A stretch of 33,242 bases of DNA from a bacterium (GTDB lineage: Bacteria > SZUA-182 > DTGQ01 > JAFGSM01). The notes beneath the pieces are model-generated. The model did not search any database, was not told the origin of the DNA, and saw nothing but the letters and a program-made list of their open reading frames with translations. Below, piece after piece: positions 27,208 to 33,242 of this stretch. Numbering within the stretch: the first letter of the stretch is position 1; each line of letters opens with the position of its first letter. Made by a program: the position numbers and the translations under genes. The stretch covers positions 1 through 33,242 of the forward strand of contig JBLIRO010000056.1 in the NCBI GenBank assembly GCA_049472335.1, written 5' to 3'.

Positions 27208-28134
27208 TTAAGTGCAATTTGCCATCTCGAAACCTGCCGCTGAATGAGAAGGATCCAATAGATTAGTGAAATTTTTCTGGAATTTATTCCCCTCTTTTAA
27301 TCCGGATAGGATTTTCAGAGGAAGATTTATATAAAAATCCGCTTCCTCAGACCTGCCATGTTTATTGCATCCATTCCCATAGATCCTGCATTTCCCGGAA
27401 AGTTCCTGCCATGCCGCCCACTGGTTTTCAGGTGAAAGTACTCGGTTCGAGAGGATCTTGACCAGGGCATGGATTCGATATTTATCCAGATTTCTCACCT
27501 TCCTGGAAAGCTGATCCTGATGACCGCCCCTTTTTATGATAAGGGGGATGGGAATGAAATATACCGGCTGGGTGGATGTAATCCTGAGCCACAAGTCATA
27601 ATCCTCTGCGGCAGGCAGATCTTCATCAAATCCTCCCAGATCTACAAGTGCTTTTCGACGTATCATCGCTGACGAGGGACTGATTATACATAGTGGGAGG
27701 CATTTTGTGAAGATATGGCCGGAATATTTCCGATGTTTGTATCCCGGATTAACCCTTACTCCGTTCCGATACCAGATTTCCTGAGTATAGCAGAGAGGAT
27801 AATCAGGATTCTGATCCAGGAACCGGGTTTGAATAGATAATTTCCGCGGCTCCCATAGATCGTCGGAATCGAGATATGCAATATATTCACCCTGTGCCAT
27901 CTCCAAACCGAGATTCCTTGCAGCGCTTGCGCCTTTATTATGCTGGAAAATATATTTCAACTGTGTTCCGTAGCTTTTAATGATGGTTGCTGTATCATCC
28001 GTTGATCCATCATCAACCACAATAAGCTCAAACATTCCGGAATCCTGTGTCAGTACGGAATCTATGGCCTGTTTGAGATAGACGGCACGGTTGAAAGTGG
28101 TAATTATGCAGGTTACCTTAGGGATCTTATACAC
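27208..28134 (-). CDS. Glycosyltransferase family 2 (GT-A)
   Basis: IITTFNR, VVDDGSTD, GASAARNLG, YLDSDD, EDYDLWLR. Confidence 0.92.
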   Translation of the reverse strand: MYKIPKVTCIITTFNRAVYLKQAIDSVLTQDSGMFELIVVDDGSTDDTATIIKSYGTQLKYIFQHNKGASAARNLGLEMAQGEYIAYLDSDDLWEPRKLSIQTRFLDQNPDYPLCYTQEIWYRNGVRVNPGYKHRKYSGHIFTKCLPLCIISPSSAMIRRKALVDLGGFDEDLPAAEDYDLWLRITSTQPVYFIPIPLIIKRGGHQDQLSRKVRNLDKYRIHALVKILSNRVLSPENQWAAWQELSGKCRIYGNGCNKHGRSEEADFYINLPLKILSGLKEGNKFQKNFTNLLDPSHSAAGFEMANCT

Positions 28135-28266
28135 TTGTCAGATAAACCTCATTCATGCGCAATTTTCTTTCAGGCTGGTTGAGAATATTTCATGACCCAA
28201 TCCTTTTTCTTATTTATTTTAAAGCACCTATCCTGATGAGTCAATTATGGCATCAATGTATTCATC

Positions 28267-28295
28267 TTGACATAATGGCATAATCCGGTTATAAT
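28267..28295 (+). promoter_or_regulatory. Consensus sigma70 promoter
   Basis: Perfect TTGACA (28267-28272), 17 bp, TATAAT (28290-28295). Confidence 0.8.
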
Positions 28296-28840
28296 TTATT
28301 TACAATAAAATAAATAAGTTATAGGATTTTATTTTTAAAAAATTAATATATTGAACCCTTAATTTTTCAATAAGGAGGTTTGTGTATATATTTTAAAGAA
28401 AAACTGATAATCAAATCATAATCTTATAATAATAATAATAATAAATACTAAATCGGATAATCTTCTGACATAACCTTTTCTAATTATTGCTGGTCTTGAA
28501 AATAAAGCAACACATCAATTACAAATTCTATCTGATATGAATTTTTGATGTGGTTTTCCAGGATTGTCATTGAATAATTTAAAGATTCAGATTCAATAGG
28601 ACAGGCTCCTCTGCATTTGTCAAACTCCATTGCCTGTTGAGCGGATCACGGACCTAAATTTTGGTCAAGTTCTGTTTTGTGGGCGGATATACCATTTCGA
28701 TTTCTGAATAATTCCTTAACAATATTAATCTTGCAACATCTTATTCTATTCCGGGCAGGATAGTAAAAATCCGGGTTTGATTTTCTTGTAGGGTTTTGTT
28801 GAGTTCGAGGTCCCGGGCAATTTCTATTTGATATGGGCAA

Positions 28841-29257
28841 ATGGGGATTATGAGATTAAAGGTCTTAGCTATATTTTTGATTTGCTTGATTCTTGCATTA
28901 AGCGTATTGGATGCACCGGAATATGTACGTTGTGTTCATGTAGATATATGTGAGTTTTTAGACCTCCATGGTCATATGGACAATATTTTAAAATCGGATA
29001 TCATAAAGCAAATCTCACTTGCCACAAAAAATAATTTTTATTTTGTATTGGAAGACTTGACAGATAGCAAGGAATTATTAAAAAAACTTATAATCTTCTA
29101 TCTGATTTCAATTCTATATGTCTTTAAAATTTCTTGCGCTTACAAAAAGGCCAAAGATCATGTTTTGTTGAATACAAAACATAAACCTCCTTTATTCGAA
29201 AAAAATCTTGTTCCACAGACTCTTAAATTTATAGAAATCTCCGTGATCCTTTCCTGA
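28841..29257 (+). CDS. Hypothetical membrane/exported protein
   Basis: 138-aa ORF (alternative start 28850) with an N-terminal hydrophobic helix, a Cys/His cluster (CVHVDIC...HGH) and a second hydrophobic segment. No family recognised. Confidence 0.5.
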   Translation: MGIMRLKVLAIFLICLILALSVLDAPEYVRCVHVDICEFLDLHGHMDNILKSDIIKQISLATKNNFYFVLEDLTDSKELLKKLIIFYLISILYVFKISCAYKKAKDHVLLNTKHKPPLFEKNLVPQTLKFIEISVILS

Positions 29258-29465
29258 AATACTTATCCATACAAAACTCTTAATTTTTTATTCCAAAGAG
29301 ATAAATATTAATCATACACATTACAATCTGATAATTTACCCCGGTGATATGCCAGAACTAATAATCCATTTTTAGGGAGGTGGTTTTATAAGATGATAAA
29401 TATGAGAAGGAAAAAGGTTTTTAATTGTTTAATTAAAGAAAATTTAAGTAAAAATGGAGGGATAG

Positions 29466-30050
29466 ATGAATATGTTCAAGAATTGCAGAAGCCTTATTTT
29501 TATAATGACCTTTATGGTGGCTTTATTGCTCGTTTTTGCGATCGGGATTCAAGCTCAGTATTGGACGATTATGCCGCCTTATAATGTCCTGTGGCCGCTT
29601 TGGTCACCGGGTTTATCCCCGATCGATCCGGTAACAGGCCTCACAACACCATTAGTAAGCTCACTCACCAGGAATACCGTGCTTCCGGTGCAACCCGGCC
29701 TGGTCTGGGACCCATGCCAACCGAATCCCTTTCTTTTATATAACACTCCGCCTCTTTTTGGCTCCGGACTCTTATATTATTATGATGCCTATGGTTTTAA
29801 TCCCTGGCCTCCCAGTTATATGCTCGATCCTATTACCGGAGCGCCGGCCCCGATACCTTTGCCGTTATATCCGACCCTGCTGGCACCATATGCTTCGGGT
29901 GAGTTTGAGTATTATGTCCCTATAGCTAATATTTTTTATGCCCTTACCTTCGGGCTCAGCGGACCGGAATTTTTAAGCTTGCTGCAGCCCTTCGATATCT
30001 GGGGACCGGTGCTTCGTACCGGTGTACCGACCACACCGATCATTTTATAA
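29466..30050 (+). CDS. Secreted Pro/aromatic-rich protein, paralog 1 (PPYNxLWPLWS family)
   Basis: GGAGG RBS. Sec signal ending IQA, then QYWTIMPPYNVLWPLWS. Aligns along its length with the next two ORFs. Confidence 0.88.
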   Translation: MNMFKNCRSLIFIMTFMVALLLVFAIGIQAQYWTIMPPYNVLWPLWSPGLSPIDPVTGLTTPLVSSLTRNTVLPVQPGLVWDPCQPNPFLLYNTPPLFGSGLLYYYDAYGFNPWPPSYMLDPITGAPAPIPLPLYPTLLAPYASGEFEYYVPIANIFYALTFGLSGPEFLSLLQPFDIWGPVLRTGVPTTPIIL

Positions 30051-30134
30051 ATGCAGGTGCTAATTAAGGACATAGATTGGTAAATAAGAGATCCCTTAAA
30101 CCAGGGGAAATAGATGGAGAAGGGAGAAAGAGTT

Positions 30135-30710
30135 ATGCACAGAAAAAGATGTAATATGTTTTTAATAATGATTTTAACTGTCCTGGTGTGCTTGGTTTTT
30201 TTTACCTATGCACAGGCAGACTACTGGACCGCATTGCCACCCTATAATGTCCTGTGGCCTTTGTGGTCTCCGGCTTTGTCTCCTCCGGATCCCATTACCG
30301 GAGTGCCTACGCCTCTGGTCAACGCCCTGACCAGAATGACAATACTTCCCGTTCAGCCGGCCATGATATGGGACCCTGCCTCACCGGAGGCAAATAACGG
30401 TCCTTTGCCGTGGCTTGCTTATAACGCCCCTCTTGCTTTCGGAGGCGGCCTGATGATCTGGGACCAATATTACGGAATGAGACCATTTCCACCGGATTAT
30501 ATGCTCGATCCTTTGACCGGTGTGCCAGCCCCGATACCTTTGCCACTCTCCTATTGGCTTTTAGGTCCGATCGCATTCGATGAAATCAATGCCTATCATT
30601 ATGTCCTGGGGAACCTTGTTTATGCCAATACATACGGGGTACCGATTACAAGCCTTCTCACAGCGCAACAGTTCTGGGGATTGCCGGATCTTACTGTGGG
30701 GATATATTAA
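30135..30710 (+). CDS. Secreted Pro/aromatic-rich protein, paralog 2
   Basis: Start at ATG 30135 after GGGAGA (or at 30114). Signal ending AQA, then DYWTALPPYNVLWPLWS. Confidence 0.88.
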   Translation: MHRKRCNMFLIMILTVLVCLVFFTYAQADYWTALPPYNVLWPLWSPALSPPDPITGVPTPLVNALTRMTILPVQPAMIWDPASPEANNGPLPWLAYNAPLAFGGGLMIWDQYYGMRPFPPDYMLDPLTGVPAPIPLPLSYWLLGPIAFDEINAYHYVLGNLVYANTYGVPITSLLTAQQFWGLPDLTVGIY

Positions 30711-30777
30711 GTTTAGTTTCAACCCGGATTTGGATTTGATTTGACTGGAGAAATAATGAGATAAGGAGAAAGAGGCT

Positions 30778-31350
30778 ATGAGAAAAAGAAAACTTTTCTT
30801 TATTTTGATAATGTTGATGGCCTGGGCTTTATTGATTACATCATCTGCCCAGGCTCAATATTGGGTGGCCATGCCCCCGTATAATCTGCTTTGGCCTTTG
30901 TGGTCTCAGGTCTATTCGCCGCCTGATCCGCTTACAGGCCTTCCTACTCCTCTGTTGAGCGAGGTGACAAGCAGCACCATACTGCCTGTTCAACCGACTT
31001 ATCTGTTCAATCCCAATGGATTTGAGTTGCCCATGGGCTATGTTAACCCTTGGCTTTTGTACAATTCACCCGGAGGGGTAGTCTATTATGATGTCTTTTA
31101 TGGCTTAAATCCCTTTCCACCTCCGGATTTGTTAGACCCGATATCAGGTGCACCGGTTCCGATTGCACTGCCGTTAGGCTGGTCTATTCTTAAACCACCG
31201 CCTCTGTCACTTGCCTTATATCTTTTTGAATTGAGTAATCTGTATTATATGCTCGGCTACGGAAATTCCCTTGGCGTTGATCCGGCATCGCTTCTAACCT
31301 ATTATGATGTGTACGGAACCCCGGGTGTTTTGGTGTCAACCGCATGGTAA
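30778..31350 (+). CDS. Secreted Pro/aromatic-rich protein, paralog 3
   Basis: AAGGAG/GAGG RBS. Signal ending AQA, then QYWVAMPPYNLLWPLWS. Confidence 0.88.
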   Translation: MRKRKLFFILIMLMAWALLITSSAQAQYWVAMPPYNLLWPLWSQVYSPPDPLTGLPTPLLSEVTSSTILPVQPTYLFNPNGFELPMGYVNPWLLYNSPGGVVYYDVFYGLNPFPPPDLLDPISGAPVPIALPLGWSILKPPPLSLALYLFELSNLYYMLGYGNSLGVDPASLLTYYDVYGTPGVLVSTAW

Positions 31351-31445
31351 TTGGGAGAAAGATTAAGGTTGAATCTATTCCGAATGCGCCTGTACCATAA
31401 AGCAGATATCCGAAACCTATTTAAAATGGGAGATAAATAGATCAT

Positions 31446-31496
31446 GAAGGGATGGAGATGAAAATATTCCGTATCTCCATCCCTTCTTGATTTTTA
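31446..31496 (+). terminator. Probable intrinsic terminator closing the paralog cluster
   Basis: Perfect 14-bp stem GAAGGGATGGAGAT (31446-31459)/ATCTCCATCCCTTC (31473-31486), followed by TTGATTTTT. Confidence 0.7.
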
Positions 31497-31601
31497 TATG
31501 AAAAAGATAGAGAATGATTTAAGCTTCCAGTCTGAATTGATTAGATTTTAATCAAAAACAGAATTGCAGCGTTTATGCCTGTTATGAATGAATATTATTA
31601 A

Positions 31602-33242
31602 ATGATCGAAAAGAAAAAAAAGCTTGTTATTTTCTTGTTTATTTCCCTTTTTATTTTGGGATTAGCGGATGCAGTAAGTGCCTCACGCTTGAACATCCTT
31701 CTTGTGACTTTCGATACGACCCGGGCGGATCATATTCGATGCTATGGATATAAGGATATAAAGACACCGAATATCGACCGTCTGGCAAAAGAGGGATGCC
31801 TGTTCGAAAAGGCATTCACACCCGTCCCCATAACATTCCCGTCTCATGCATCCATGCTGACAGGCCTTTATCCTCCTGCCCATGGAATAAGAAATAATGC
31901 CACATATGCCCTTTCAGACTCCGTTATTACCCTGCCTGAATTGTTGAAGGAACGCGGTTATAAAACAGCAGCATTTGTCTCGGCCTATGTCCTTGACAAG
32001 CGCTTTGGGCTGGATCAGGGATTTGACATCTACGATGACGACCTTGAAACAGGCGTGGAAGCAAAACTCAGCCAGAAGGAGAGACGGGCCGAGACAGTGA
32101 CCAGAGCGGCAATCAAATGGCTGGAAAGGGTAGGGGATGAGAATTTTTTTCTCTGGATTCACTATTTTGATCCCCACGATGCATGGTCGCCACCTCCTCC
32201 TTACTCCAATGATTATGCCAGTAATCCCTATGACGGGGAGATTGCCTATGCGGATTATTGGCTCGGGAAATTGTTGGACAAGCTGGATAGTAAAAGGTTG
32301 ACTCAAAATACCCTTATAGTATTAGCCGGTGATCATGGAGAAGGGCTTGGAGATCACCATGAAAGGACGCATGGTATATTCATCTATGATACAACCATAT
32401 GGGTGCCGTTAATCTTCAGTTGCCCGCGTATTTTGCCAAAATCAAGGCGTATATCTTCACTGGTCAGATTGGTGGATATCACGCCCACAATATTAGAAAT
32501 CATTGCATATAAAATACCCGAGCATATGCAAGGGGTTTCCTTGTCTCCATGGATGTTGAAAAAAGCGAAGATGCCGGAACTGGCCATTTATTGTGAGACA
32601 TTTTATCCAAAATCCACCCATAACTGGAGCCCTTTGAAGGGAATCAGGACTGAGACATGGAAGTATATCGAAGCCCCTGTAAAAGAGCTATACAGGCTGG
32701 ATAAAGACCCCCATGAAAAGGTAAACCTTTTTAAAAAGGAGAAGGATCAGGCAGAGACGATGGCTAAAGAGTTTGCCAAGCTTGTCCGGAACATAAAGGT
32801 TGAAGAGACTGTTTCCAAAACCCTGGAATTGGATAAGGAAATGCATGAGAAATTGAGAAGCCTCGGTTATGTTTGGACACCAACGAGTGGTGAAGAAAGA
32901 AAGGAATATCCGGATCCCAAGGAAATGATAAACGTGCTTGAATATATAGATAAAGGTGCGGCTTATTTTGCCGAGGCACAATATGAGAAGGCAGCACCTC
33001 TGTTTAAGAAGGTTTTGGAGCTTCATCCTGAAGACACGGAGGCCTATGTTACTCTTGGACATATATATGAGGCCATGGAGGATAATGAAAAATCCATTGA
33101 ATCATTTAAACAGGCACTGAAACTGGAGCCTGAGAATCTGAGGATATATATACAACTGGGCGTAAGCTATATGAAAACAGAGCAATATGAGAAGGGAATG
33201 GAAACCTTTAAAAGGGCCCGGGATTTTAATCCCAGGTGTAAA
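31602..33242 (+). CDS. Exported sulfatase-like (alkaline phosphatase superfamily) hydrolase/transferase with C-terminal TPRs; runs off the right edge
   Basis: Manual translation: MIEKKKKLVIFLFISLFILGLADAVSA-SRLNILLVTFDTTRADH...TPNIDRLAKEG...PITFPSHASMLTGLYP...WIHYFDPH...YDGEIAYAD...GDHGEGLGDH...LRSLGY, then TPRs (YEKAAPLFKKVLELHPED). Missing from the ORF track because there is no stop in the window. Confidence 0.92.
   Translation, partial: MIEKKKKLVIFLFISLFILGLADAVSASRLNILLVTFDTTRADHIRCYGYKDIKTPNIDRLAKEGCLFEKAFTPVPITFPSHASMLTGLYPPAHGIRNNATYALSDSVITLPELLKERGYKTAAFVSAYVLDKRFGLDQGFDIYDDDLETGVEAKLSQKERRAETVTRAAIKWLERVGDENFFLWIHYFDPHDAWSPPPPYSNDYASNPYDGEIAYADYWLGKLLDKLDSKRLTQNTLIVLAGDHGEGLGDHHERTHGIFIYDTTIWVPLIFSCPRILPKSRRISSLVRLVDITPTILEIIAYKIPEHMQGVSLSPWMLKKAKMPELAIYCETFYPKSTHNWSPLKGIRTETWKYIEAPVKELYRLDKDPHEKVNLFKKEKDQAETMAKEFAKLVRNIKVEETVSKTLELDKEMHEKLRSLGYVWTPTSGEERKEYPDPKEMINVLEYIDKGAAYFAEAQYEKAAPLFKKVLELHPEDTEAYVTLGHIYEAMEDNEKSIESFKQALKLEPENLRIYIQLGVSYMKTEQYEKGMETFKRARDFNPRCK

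Noticed and set aside
29393..29584. 63-aa ORF overlapping paralog 1
   Set aside because: Out-of-frame overlap with a well-supported gene and no recognisable features.
31683..33062. Several minus-strand ORFs in the track
   Set aside because: Shadows of the plus-strand sulfatase-like gene starting at 31602.

Overview
Bacterial chromosomal window with AT-rich intergenic DNA. Gene order and intergenic repeats suggest a Desulfobacterota/Nitrospirota-like or candidate-phylum anaerobe (inference only). From left to right it holds: the 5' end and terminal repeat of an IS4-family element; an AbrB/VapC toxin-antitoxin pair converging on a frameshifted, orphan Phd/YefM antitoxin; a single-domain response regulator; housekeeping genes (pdxA-rsmA, mog-holB-ricT/PSP1, rluD, HAD phosphatase, lapA-like/hsp20/lon, scpB-rluB); a sigma54-type promoter upstream of an unannotated 31-aa ORF; a Pro-rich exported TPR protein; a GT4/DUF4912/GH57 alpha-glucan cluster; comEA; a 1686-aa membrane-anchored TPR protein with 204-bp tandem repeats; a GT2/ParB-like/SPL-family radical SAM operon; three tandem paralogs encoding an unrecognised family of secreted, Pro/aromatic-rich, almost lysine-free proteins; and a Thr-type sulfatase-like/TPR gene running off the right edge. 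The IS4 transposase, Phd/YefM gene, 31-aa ORF and sulfatase-like gene are absent from the supplied ORF track. The best candidates for something new are the paralog triplet, the sigma54-linked small peptide and the GT2-ParB-SPL operon. No rRNA, tRNA or CRISPR array was seen.
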